NCBI GenBank assembly: GCA_030264375.1
Contig: JASCQW010000119.1
Coordinates: 31,586,991-31,650,990 of the forward strand
Reading direction: 5' to 3'
DNA length: 64,000 nt
DNA from: Carcharhinus longimanus
Taxonomy: Eukaryota
The notes beneath the pieces were generated by a model that was given only the letters and a program-made list of their open reading frames with translations, searched no databases and was not told the DNA's origin. Within the stretch, counting starts at the first letter, position 1. Each line of letters starts with the position of its first letter. Positions 12,311-24,774 of the stretch are shown in pieces. The translations under genes were made by a program, and so were the position numbers.

Positions 12311-13119
12311 CACATTATTTGAAACAGCAAAGCTTTAGAATTTCAATCCCAATCTCAAAANNNNNNNNNNTTTTTCTTGTGTCCTTGTACTTACAGATGC
12401 AGGGTTTCAATTGCTGAAAGTAGAATACACAGTATTCAACACAAGATTAAAAATGTCACCATTTCACTCATTAATACACAAAACTAGATTAAACATTATA
12501 TGTTGGTGCCAAAAATAACTGAATAGAAAATACAGTTCTAAATTCATAATAAAAGATACTCTACACAAATGTGCATAAGATGTTTTGCACTGCAAATGTC
12601 AGTGACAAAAGGACAATAAAAAATTGAAAATCCAAAGGAAGCTACTCTTTGGCAGGCTTTATTGAAAGCGCTCCAGTTTAAAACTTAGTAAACATTCACT
12701 TCTGTGCACATCTGTTTCTATTAAATGAGAGACCTAGGTATCTGCCTCCATTTTTCCTTTGCACTCATTCAGCCTTTATTTTACCATGGAAAGAGTGGTT
12801 AGCCCATCAGTGCTAAAAGTTACTCAAGTGGAAATCCTTTGGCAACTTTCAGCAACAATACAGATAGATAAACCTGGAAATTATGAGGCTGCTGTCAGAG
12901 TTGCCACTATCCATTACAAATCTGTCCCGACTTCATCCTTCTCAAGCAATATTCACAGGAGTGGAGCAGACTGTTTGCAACTTTGTTACCAAATAGGATT
13001 CCAAAAGTGTGCTTCCAGCCATACACCTGCACCATTAAAACAAAAACTTAGACCTAGTGCCTCCTCAGTAATGATCTGACTCCATCTCTGCCTTTGTTTG
13101 TCTGCTGACAATACTGTGC

Positions 13120-13470
13120 CTTGGTTACTTCTAGACCAACTCCAAGCACTCCAGGATGACTTCCCACATTCTACCCCTAGAGATTGGAGGTCATCCAAAA
13201 GTATGCTGCTTGTGGCTTATCTTGCAAAGTCCCACGTTCCTATCATTTTTATCCTCACTGACCTATATTGGCTTGCAGTTGAGCAATGCCCAAAACAAGG
13301 GATTTTAAAATCCCTCCTTGACTTTGCTCTCATCTCTGCAAGTTCCTCCACTACCAAGAAAATTCTGATTTCTTGAATATCCCTTATTTTAATTGCTCCA
13401 TCAATGGTTCCCTTAGCTGCCAAGCTTTTGAATTCCAACCCTATATTTTTCCATCCCTTCAGATACTTAA
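13120..13470 (+). mobile_element. Old L2 LINE 3' fragment
   Basis: ctcactgacctatattggcttgcagttgagcaa (LTDLYWL, resembling the L2 LHWLP motif); similar to 51810-52190. Confidence 0.55.
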
Positions 13471-13471
13471 A

Positions 13472-13715
13472 CTGTGCTTAGCACTTCTGCCTCACAGCAC
13501 CAGAGTCCCAGGTTCAATTCCCAGCTTGGGTCACCGTGCAGAATCGACATGTTCTCCTTGTCTGCGCGAGTTTCTGCTGGATGTTCTGGTTTCCTCCCAC
13601 AGTCCTGGTTAGGTGCATTGGTTATGCTAAATTCTCCCTCAGAGTATCCAAACAGGTGCCATATTTTCAGTTACTTCATTACAGTGTTAATGCAAGCCTA
13701 ATTGTGACTAATGAT
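13472..13715 (+). mobile_element. tRNA-derived V-SINE, tail type 2
   Basis: B-box ggttcaattccc, V-domain ..ggtttcctcccacagtcc, and tail ttttcagttacttcattacagtgttaatgcaagcc shared with 41104 and 54221. Confidence 0.8.
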
Positions 13716-16294
13716 AAAGTTATCTGTTCTAACATGGGCTTGTGCAGATCATGATCATCAGTTTGCGTTATAACACTTTTGTTGAGTGGGTGAGGCAGGA
13801 GCAGTTATGGTCTTCAGTTCAGTTACATCAGCTAATCTTGGGAGTTAGACCACATATTCCAACACCAGTATCCAGGCAAGTTTTTGCAGAGGGTCTTGCG
13901 CAGCAGAAATCAACCCATCAGAAGTTTGAGCTTCCTGGCCAATTACTGTGCACACATCTTTCAAGCCTCCAAACATGCATCTGCATCCAAACTCAGATGA
14001 CCTGGATACCAGTCATGGGGTCTCATTCTATCCACTTTTAGTTACTGCTAGATTTTTACTTCAATTGTCTTTTAACTCTATTCGTATCTCTGATAACTAT
14101 TCTTAATTTCCTGGTTCAGATTCTGCATTGCTCATTAATAATTGATTCAATCTGACTTGAGATGATCCATTCAGAGATCCAAGATCTCCTATAGAACTTC
14201 CTAATCACAGCAAGTTATGCAAGTATAACGAATGCTTATGCCACTGACTGCAAGGCTGAGCCCAATGTTTCACTGCAGGCTACTACCAGAACAGACCCCT
14301 TTCCCAGTATAACAATCAGAATGTAACATTTTCTGGACACTACCTCAAATTAACCAGTAGCATTAGGACAATCTGCAAATCAGATGAAAATACAATATCG
14401 AAATTTCTTAAAACAGGGGAAGCCATTGCCCTTACCACTCCCTTTCTGGTGTCTCCAGTTTTGCATTTGAATCAACTGTAAAAAATTGCAGTTCAAGCCT
14501 TATTTCTAATAAAGGATCAATTCACTGGAGGACACCAAGCACCAAATTTTTTTTCCCCCCAAAGGTGGTCAAGATTTGCTGTTAGTCTGCAGGTTGCCAA
14601 TGTAATAACAGGCGAAGAAAATTAAAATTTTTACACACAAACTACCAACTTATAAAAACCCAAGTGCTGATCACCTTAAATACATGCAATACTGCTTCTC
14701 CATCTGCAACTAAATCTGACTAATTCCAGAGGGTAGGAGAAGTGACCATTTTCACCTCCAGAATGTCCACCACGTCCCCAGAAGATGCCAGTTCTGGGAA
14801 ATTGCCTCAATTTTGCGAATGACGACATCTACCTCAGCCCCTCAGATATTTCCAGTTTGGAGTTCAACTTTATACTTTCCCCTCAAGGTGTGCAACTACC
14901 TGAAAATCCCCCACTAAGGCCATGTATAATTCAGTCCTTTTGGAAATAGTATGCACTATGGCCTTTGCAAAAAAGGGACCTTGTACTTAAATTGCTCGCA
15001 CACTCCACATCTAACTTAGTCACCCACTTTGTCTGCAACACATGATGCTTTGTTGATTTTACAATCTCTTTCCCCCTCCACCCTCAAGGCCCACAGTCAC
15101 AAAATCACTAGAAAACTGTCCAGCCTTCATTTCTCAAAAATGTTGCTACTTTGTAGTTGACTATGGCTAATAGGCAGTGACAGCTACAAAAAAATAATCA
15201 GGGTCATGGTAAATATTCTGCAAACAATGAGTGTGAAAGCATTTGATCAAGAAGAGAGCAAAACTCACTTATCTTCCTTCAGTAATTGAAGATGCAACCG
15301 CAATACATTTCAAGATCACGTTTGGTTTAAAAATCCAATGTCAGAATTATTTTTAAATCTATTCATGGTAATGCAAAGAAAAAGATTTCAGCATCTGCCT
15401 GAATGTAGTGTTGGGTACTGTAACCAGGGTGGTGACCAACTTGGGAATAAAGTAAGAGACACAGGGAGGTGTTGGTGAACCTGTAGAAGCAGCAATGTGG
15501 GTGTGGGGTAGATGACCACCCCCCCCCACCCGTGGTCTCCAAACTATGGCCCGCAGCGGGCTGCATCCAGATCAGAGTCTGGAGACTTCCCTGTGGAAAA
15601 TCTCAAGTGCAAATCAAAGGGCTTGCAGAATCAGCAATCGCAGAATAATTTTGGGACAATTATGCATCCAAGGAAGGCATGACCTTGGATGTGGGGCAAG
15701 AGGCCAGATTACTGGACAGTTCCAGAAAATCCAGGATTGTCAGTCTAACTGACAAAGGGTTCCTTTTCACACATTTAAATGACTGACTGAAGCAAGACCA
15801 TCACCATTTGCATCTATCCCAGGAGGACAACAACTCTCATGCACCTTGCAGCAATTACAAGCTGGGAACAGCCAAGCCTTTGACTCTACACTTGCTACAA
15901 CATCTCTACAGCTGTTTATTTGTTCAACTACTTCCTAACCCACCTCCCATCTCAATTGTTCATACAACGCTACCCCACCTCACCTGCAGTCCAGGACAAG
16001 TCATTTTTGTATTTAGCAGACTGATCCAGTCAGTGCAAGGCATTGGTTTTGGCAAAAAGCCTCTCTGGAATGCTGCTGGACAACAAGGATACTAATTTGA
16101 CTTCTTTTCTGCAAAACAACCACCTGATAATCCCTCTTCTCTGCCATTCTTTCTCCATGAGCAGAGTGTTCGTAGGTCTCCTTTGTCACCATGACTAATG
16201 GCTGTAGGCCACTGGTTGCCTGCAGATTCCATCTTTTACATTTGAAGCATCAAGAGAATTACACAACTATTAAATATGGTAAAATGGGTGTTGT

Positions 16295-16530
16295 CAGCTG
16301 TGACTCAGGTGGTAGCACTCTAGCCTCCAAAATCACAAAGTTGCAGGTTCCACTTAGGACTGGAATACAAAAATTTAAACTGAAACTTTAATACAGTGCT
16401 GAAAGTATGCTGTGCTTTCGTAGGTGCTAACTTTCAAATTAGTTGTCAAAATGAGACTAAATTCTCCATCAATTCGAATCACAAGTAGTTTATATGATCC
16501 TTATCACATTGCTGATTGTGGGATCTTACT
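16295..16530 (+). mobile_element. Degenerate tRNA-derived SINE (DeuSINE-like head)
   Basis: A-box-like tgtgactcaggtggtagcactct, then gcaggttcca and a decayed body. Confidence 0.45.
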
Positions 16531-16539
16531 GTGTTTTTC

Positions 16540-16700
16540 ATTCTTTCACAGGATGCGAGTGGCATTGTCTAGATCGGTACTCGTTGTCCATTCTAATTGC
16601 CTTTCGGGGTGATGACAAGCCCAGTTCTTGAACTGCTGCAGTCCATGTGATGTTGATGCCTACAATGCTATCAGAAAGGAAGTTCCAGTATTTTACAAGT
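16540..16700 (-). mobile_element. 3' end of a CR1/L2-group LINE (same family as 62490-63002)
   Basis: ggatgcgagtggcattg..taattgccttt..ttcttgaactgctgcagtccatgtg..aggaagttccagtatttt aligns by eye with 62505-62655. Confidence 0.6.
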
Positions 16701-17741
16701 GGTTTTAGACTTGCATACAGAGATTACCTAATATATGAAGGCACTCTGTAAATCCTTCTGTACTTCCTGAGATAATTATATTTAACAAAAATGGAAGTGT
16801 GTTACCCAAGGAAACCATTTTAGAACTACTATTGCAAATGTTAGTTACACCATTAAAACTCACTTTTCCTCAAATTTTAATCCCTCTTTGCAATACTAAA
16901 GAAAAGTACAGAAACAAAGATTTCTTGATTTGAATCTCCATGCATGATTACATATTTTTCCGAGATACAATTTGGTAGGAAATGCTGACCAAAATAGATT
17001 ACTGCAACGCTGTTGACATGTACAATTAATTTTTAAAAATAAAAGATAGTATTTTTGATCTTTGTTGCCTACATACTGCAAAGACCTTCACAGTCCCAAG
17101 GAATCTTGCCTGGCTGGAGGGATTTTTTTGAGCTTTCACACTGAAGCTCAAAGTATCACACACAGCACTACAGGTCTCTGATGGAAACTCCAGCAAAGCA
17201 AACACATACATCTTCAAATCAGGGTGCTACTCTACAGTACAAATACATGACCACTGTGGAGTGAGGCTGGTGGGAAGAGCGAACACAAGCTAACTGTAGT
17301 ATTTCTTTAATAACACATCATAGATTCATTTATACTGGTACTGTTGGAACCTAGTTACACACAAGTGCTTTGTGCAGCAGGTGGTACTTGCATTTGTGCC
17401 AAGTCTACTACACAGCCCATTATTATTTTGTTGCAACATAACTGGTTTTGTACTTAAGTTTCAATATGAGCCATGTTCTTCTAGAGTTGAGCATTTAGTA
17501 TCTGGCAAACTCAGCCAACCAATTCCACCAGAATATCAAAAAGGGGCTATGGGTTGTTCATTGAGTTCTCTTACTTTACATCATTGCCAATACAGAAAAT
17601 GAGCAAGCATTCCCAAGAATGAAAAACTCTTTCCAAAAACACTGCAACAATAGATGACTAAACCCACTTCCAACATTTGACTGAAACTGCAGTTGGTTGT
17701 ACACTTTTCACGTGCACAACGATAGGAACACGTGTTGTGAT

Positions 17742-17948
17742 ATAAAACAAAATGAAAATGCTAAAAATACACAGGTCAGGCAGCATCTGCAGAGGCAGTG
17801 TTAACGTTTCCGGTCGATGACCCTTCAGCAATCCGAACTGTGACCTCTGTTTTACTCACCCACAGATGGGTGTTATCTCACCTGCCGATCAGTTCCAGCA
17901 TTTTGTTATAATTTCAGATTTCTAGCATCTAGTATTTTCCTTTTTTTT
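17742..17948. mobile_element. Short palindromic hammerhead-type element (family A), decayed
   Basis: Arms aaaatgct..caggtcaggcagcatctg..gttaacgtttccggtcgatgacccttca and cacagatg..acctgc..ttccagcatttt..ttcagatttctagcatct. Confidence 0.7.
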
Positions 17949-18658
17949 GTACTGCATAAATTGACAGCTACACCACAATCAGAAGCTTAGGATGCACTGA
18001 TTTTGTGACTACACTTTGAACATACTGCATAGGCAGTAATACACTGAGTAGACTGGTGATCGTGAGAAAAGCTATAGAAATCCCCATCTTTCTCCAACAC
18101 CATTAACTGCACTATTTGGGTTTATGCATTTGGTGGATCACTATTGCTTTCATTAATGAATGTTTTGACTCTGATCACTGTCATACCACATCATAGCGTG
18201 CATATGTGCAACCTGATTGTCTAAAATTCCAGCAATCTGGTGACAAAGCTTCAACATTCAGAGCTTTGAGTGCTGCTTTTGCAGAGTAACATCAATTATA
18301 CCCCTCCCAAAAACAGACTGATTGCTGGGATAATCCTCAAACCCCAGGTAAATTTACAAGATCCCAAGGAAGGCTCAGTAAGCTAATTTACCTGACAAGC
18401 TACAATTTCAGTCAAGCTTAGGCCAGAGTTGGTACAAGGACAATTTAAAAGCTGTCAAAGAACAATCTTGAAACACCAATTCTTAAAGCTGGACAGAATT
18501 TAGTTTATTCTAAATGAGCAACATTCATCTGTGACAGATATGAAAAAAAGACATTTTTCTAACTGGGATGTGGATGTCACTGGCTGTGCTAGCATTATTA
18601 CACATCCATAGTTATAATTACCCTCAAGATGACAATGGTGAGCTGCCTTCTTGCACCA

Positions 18659-18799
18659 AAAAATAGACAATGCTGGAAAATCTCAGCAGGTCCGACAGCA
18701 TCTGAGAGAGAATAGAGCCAATGTTTTGAATCTGGGTGACCCTTCATCAGAGCTAAGATCAGCAAAAAAAAAAATCACTATCTGCAGTATTTTGCTTTT
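18659..18799. mobile_element. Short hammerhead-type element (family A) with a 15-bp TSD, inserted in a LINE 3' end
   Basis: Direct repeat tgccttcttgcacca at 18644-18658 and 18800-18814. Minus-strand motif AGCT-CTGATGA-A-GGGTC-ACCCA-GATTC-AAA-ACAT-T-GGCT, with changes consistent with CpG decay. The host LINE fragment spans ~18560-18875. Confidence 0.85.
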
Positions 18800-21700
18800 T
18801 GCCTTCTTGCACCACTACACACCCTGTGGTGTAGGTACACCCAGTGCTGCTAGGGAGGGAGTTCTAAGATTCTAGCTCAGTATGAGAAAAACAAACCTGA
18901 AACAGTCAGCATATCATACCCATTGGCTGGAAAAGCCAGAGGACATTGCAAGCTCAAAATAAAACCTCCAATACAAACCATCAGTTCTGTAATGGGAACG
19001 AAAACAGCTTTAACACTGCATCACAAATTTATAGTCAGTGGTAGTATTGACCACACTTCCTGTGACAACCTCTTGCAAAAGGGAATCAGTGTGCACAATG
19101 ATTATGGATGAGAGATTCAGCAGCAATTAATACAATGCAGTATTAACTTAAAACATAAAAATGTGTGCTTGACACTCTAGCTTACATTATAAGTGACAAA
19201 AACCTGCTTGACAAGTATCCAACTTGAAAAAGAAATCTCCGCCATAGTGCAATATTGTTCACATGGCTAGTTGGGAACACAGATGTGGCCCAATTGCACC
19301 TTTGAGTGATATGGAAAAACAACAGACATGTCTTGGTTGGTCATTTCATCTCTCGTATCAAAATTCCAAACCTCAGTTAGAGAGGCTGCAGAAGTTCCAC
19401 GTTGAGGCACATTAAATACATTTACTTGTATTTTATGATGAATTTGCAACGCAGCCAAAAAGGGCATCACCACAGCCATGCCTTAGGCCTATTAGTCATT
19501 CCAACTGGACCATGTTGTCACAGCATTAAATACACTGTACAACCAGAATTAAATGCACCATACCATCAAACTGGTTTCCTCATTGCTGATGTATACAAAG
19601 TTGAAAAGTGCCACTTAATTGACAATCGTCATAATCACAGATCAGGACTTTGAAAAGAAACTATAGGAAATACAGTAAACCCCTTCATAGATTGAACATA
19701 CTTAGCATCAATATTCATACAATATTCATACAATTTCATTGTACAATTTCATTGCACAGAATTTCATTTAATGTGGTAGGAAATCAGAAAGGAGGTGCCA
19801 CTCAAACCCACACCCACAAGCCCCCACCCCCAGCTTCAAAAAAATCCAGGTAAAAAAAATTCACAGGATTAAAACTAAAAATTAAAAAGCAGAAAACAAA
19901 ATAGTAAGGGTTCAACTACCAACAGTACACCTGTCCTGTTGTTGGCTCCAGATGCTTTATGAAAAAACCTTTTTCCTTTTTGTTGAGTTAAACACAAAGA
20001 GAGACTTATGATTTAGAAAGAGCAACATCATAAACCACACCAGCTGTAACTCCACGCAAAACTGAAATAAAAGTGTACAAAAGTCAAAAGGATAAGATTT
20101 CAGGAAATTGCATGGAACAAGTGAAGAAGAAAATTCAAGATTAAACACAAAAAATTAAAAGGATGTTATTTTGGTTGAACATGTCCTCACTCCCATTATT
20201 TGTTCATGCAGCAGTGACTGAAGTAATTGAAGCAGTGAATTGAAGTAATCCCAAGCCAACATGCCCAGCATCAAGGCACTATAACTCAAAATCAGTACAC
20301 TGGCCAGGACATGTCATTCTTATGCCCCACTCAAGACTCCCAAAGCAACAGTTCTACTCAGAACTGTCACAGCTGGAGGCTTCATGGAAGACAGTGGAAA
20401 CGTTTTAAGGATATCTTCAAAGCATCACTGAAGATCAAACGTCCCTGTTGACTCACAGGAGCCTCTGGTTGACCAAAATGGGAAGTCTTAATGGGGAAGG
20501 CACCAATACAGGAAAGCCTCATTAGGAACATGAAGACTGATATCAGGAGTCCCAAACCTCCAAACTTATCTGCCATCTGCCCAACCCTTCGAAATTTAGC
20601 AGAGTCCACAGAACATGGATTGGATTTATCTGCCATCTCAGATCACATCAAATCAGATTGATAGCAAGTCGTCTTCAATTCCTAGAAACTTCCCAAGAAT
20701 TGCACTAACACTAACCAGCACATGGTATACATTTGTTTAAAATATTTAACTACAGTGAAAAAAAACAATGAAACTGCTTTGCCAATATAAGTAATTATCA
20801 AATGATTGAAAATAGATGTCTTTTTTGGCCAAAAAGGAAACATCCATTTTCAATTATGGATTACAATTAATACTGGCTAGACAATTTAAATGAAGTGCTA
20901 ATGGTCTTATCCAATGATTTCAGTTTAAACAGCATCCCATAATTAAGGAGATTAACATTCTAGTAACTGAACAGCAGCACAAGTGGCAACTATGGCAGAA
21001 CTAGTTACTGCTATCAGCGAAATCTTCCAAATGTGAATGGTTCAAACTGACTAAAATATAAGTTGCCAGCACAACTGTGGCAGGTTCAATAATTTGCAAA
21101 GACAACCCAAAGCTATTACAAAAGTAAACTGAAGTAACATATTAAAAATTCAAGTCATTAAAGGTGCATTTCACTATATTTGCCTGTGTTCAGCTCTTTC
21201 ACAATATGAAAGCCAAACTTGGATTCTGTTCCTCTTTCCATTGTTGCAAGAGTAAGCATCTATTTATAACCTTCAATAACATAACTGCAGTTGAGCTAAT
21301 TTACTGCAGTTTATAGAGATTGTGTTTTCTTAGATGGTTCCAGTAATTCCAGTCCAACTTCATTACTCTCAAGTCAATGCAAAGTGGAAGTGGATTTAAG
21401 TTATTCTCCCATATCCATGGTTTTTTTCAAAAATATTTAAATAGAAGTCTATTCACACATCCAGGCTCTATTACTTTTCCACATTATACCCCTAATTTTC
21501 AACTTCTTGCTTCACAGGCCTTCGCAATGTCTCAGCCCCAACAAGCCATTTATTCATATGTTAGTTCTGTGCCACGGAAGCTATTACACTGAAACGGGAT
21601 TCTATCCCCCTCATTTAAACACCAACTCCACATCAGAACTCCCTAGACAGATAATGAGAACTTCAAACAATTTTTCCTTCCCTAGCACAGATTGAGAGAA

Positions 21701-23141
21701 TTGTGTTACTGATGCCAGCTGAGCTGGGGGAGGGAGGGTGCAAATCTGGTACTTTGATTGTATGGTTCAGCTGGTAGCTCAAACTCACTTAAGCTATCAC
21801 AGGGGCATGAAGAAATAAGTTTGTTGAATGGGCAGTGATTTAATTACCAGAGTTTATAGCATGCATGCTGTCTCATTAAATTGGCTCCAAACAGAGTCTC
21901 TGATAGCAGGGTTTGCAAACAAATGTTTTGTAAAGGAATAGCATTAAAACCAGAAACAAATAAAAAATCCACTATTACACTAACCCAATACCATTGGACA
22001 CCCTTCTGCTGTTTCCTAATGGAGCTTTTCATTTAATTGCAATAGCTCAGCTTCAGAGATTTACATTCCTGCTGTAAATGCACTTCCTTCTTGGTTTGGA
22101 ACTCAAATCAGCTACAACAAATCTTTCTTCATGTGACTTCACAACATCTCAAAAAAAGTGTACTTTTGCTCCAATCTATAAACATTGCTGACAAAGATTT
22201 AATGAAAACTTCCCAAACAGTACTCTCAATTGTGTGCTGATATTTCTGTTCATAGAAGACAAATGTCATTACTCTGTAAAAGTGGGCAGTCCTATTACAT
22301 TTTTAAGCAGGCTGACAGCCTCTGCAGTTTGCTTCCCAGGATATGGTTTGTGCATTGTGGCATTCATTAGAGTTCATTCTCTTTCATCACAAACATAGGA
22401 ACTGCAAGAAGAAAACAGCTGGAATGGTGCCCTATGGAAATACTGTGTAATGGACTGAAAGTGAATTATTCAACATACACAAAAACACACCTAATTACAG
22501 CATCATCCACTGATAGAACTAACAGTTTGGAAAAACATTGAAACATCTTCCTCATGGAAGTTAACACAAGTGTCTATGGCTGTGTTAAACAGAAAATTAA
22601 GTAGGAAGTGGATTTAAAGGCCTTCAAAAATGGAGGTACATGCATCCCATGAAGTCAGGCAAGAATGGTTCTTGATAGGAGTACATCATAAACATGTTAT
22701 GTGAATTCAGGTAATGCTGGCCTTTATCAATCCAAGGACCAACCAACATGAGATTGAAACACTACACGGGCTCCTTCAATTCAGTTGGAAAAGCAAGGTT
22801 CATCCATCAGAACAAATGGAATTTACTGCTTCTATTCAAGTGATATCTGTGGCACTCCCTCAAGTGGCACTACACAAGTATTACTACAATACAATTCTAA
22901 AATATCCCACAAATGTTATTTTCAAACTGCTGACATCATACAATGCACAATTACAAATGCATCAGATCTGAATTCTATGCCACCATGACATTTGTAATGC
23001 AGCAATCATTGCCCCATGTCAAGCATACCACACAAATCCCTATGGACAATATTAGTAACTATTTTCATGGAACTGCCACAGCAGCACAGTTTCCTCCAAA
23101 GATTATTCTAAATATTCAAGCTAATGGAGCACAAAAGAGGG

Positions 23142-24774
23142 ATTGTTGTGCTGGTGGGTGGAGGGGAAAATAGGGAAAAAGAGGGGGAAATAGTCCACTT
23201 TACATTCAAATATAACCGACAAGAATACCTCTTTACTGCAATGAGCATCCTATAGTAGTGAGCTCAAGTGTTAACACTGACCTTATTTTTGTAAATTTTA
23301 ATGAAACATGTGAATGTACAACTTCTGGCACTTTGATGTTCAATATTGTAGTCTAATGATCCTTAAACTAGATGATTAAGAGATATATACAGGCCATCAT
23401 GCCCTACCCTTGGACAACTTGAACAAAAGATGTGATGTTAACAACATCAATCCAGAGTTTGACTTGAGTTGACATTCTATTTGCACATGCATTCATTTCA
23501 CAAGGGACACCTTACAAACAAAACTCAACTGCATTCAAAAGTTAAAAATCAATTCATTTGACATGCAAAAGAAATTACTGGTCTAATAAGAGACTTTTGC
23601 ATAGGATCCAGGGAAATAGATCATTCTGTAATTAAACGCAATTAAATTGTCCAAAAGATGTTCCTGCTTAGAAAACAAAGGAATAAACTTCACTAGACTC
23701 CAGTTTAAGCAATCATAGAATGATACCTGTTTATAGCACAGAAGATGCCAATGTGTTTGCATAGTGTTTTGTTAGAAACAAACATTTATTTCCATTGTCT
23801 TGCACAGTCCTATGTTTAGTTTTAATTGGGAAGGAAAATGTAAGAACTTTCCCTGAAAAGATTCAATGGTCTTGAGTTACAAATACTCAATTCATGTCGA
23901 TATCCAGCCTTTGGCTAGTTCAGTATTTAGTGAAATGCTAGCACTGTTTGTTCCCAACATTCAGCACTTATGCAAATCAACAATCCAAAAATTGCTGAAT
24001 CCCTAATAACTGCCACTGACAGGGTCCTTTTTTTTTTAAAAAGAGAAAGAGAAACAGGCTTTCCTGGCAGCCTTTAAAAACCCAGCAAGTTTACACCGAG
24101 GTTGCTACCAGATGTGTGACACTCAAATACCAAAGACTAGTGATATTAACAACCTAAGACAAAACTCACCTTTTCCTATTTACAACCAGCAGCTGCAGTG
24201 TAAACAGTCCAAGCTTTGCCAATAGTTTAAACAAAACTATTTTATTAAATGGAAAATGTCCCAGTTTAAAGCTGTACTCTGTCTCACTCAAAACCATCTG
24301 ACTTGTATTACTTGTGAACATTACCTAATGGAGAGAAGTTATGAATCTCAGTCCTCGAGTTACAGCTTTTCATTTAAAAAAGGACCAAAATGAAATGTGA
24401 ACAAAGGGGTGTGGTGAGGTTAGAGGTGGCTAGAAATGAGAAACTTGTATGTCAATTGTTTGTACTAATAAGAGCTTAAAAGATTCTTATTAATCCATTA
24501 AGATGCTAAAATTCAAGATTTTTTGTAAAATGTTACATTTTACAAACTTCAATACAATTGAGAAAGTTACATCATCTCAGCAAATTCTAAGATTGTTTGA
24601 CAGAATGACCTGAAAAAAGGATTTACTACTGCCATTGTACAGTAAAAATTCATTTCACAATTTGTCACTTGATATTGTTGTGCTGGTGGGTGGGGGCAAA
24701 ATAGGGGGGAAATAGTCCATTTTACATCCAAATACAACCAACAAGAATGCCTCTTTACCACAATGAGCATCCTA
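23142..24774 (+). repeat. Pair of ~100-110 bp diverged direct repeats (23142-23252 and 24674-24774)
   Basis: Both read attgttgtgctggtgggtgg..aaaataggg..gggggaaatagtcca.tttacat.caaata.aacc.acaagaat.cctcttta..caatgagcatccta. Confidence 0.9.

Noticed and set aside
10779-12322. Plus-strand ORFs overlapping the ZNF217 exon (148, 87, 80 aa and others)
   Set aside because: Antisense shadows of a coding exon with no recognisable domain.
15530-15572. hAT-like terminal motif gtggtctccaaactatggcccgc
   Set aside because: I could not find a matching opposite terminus or an 8-bp TSD.
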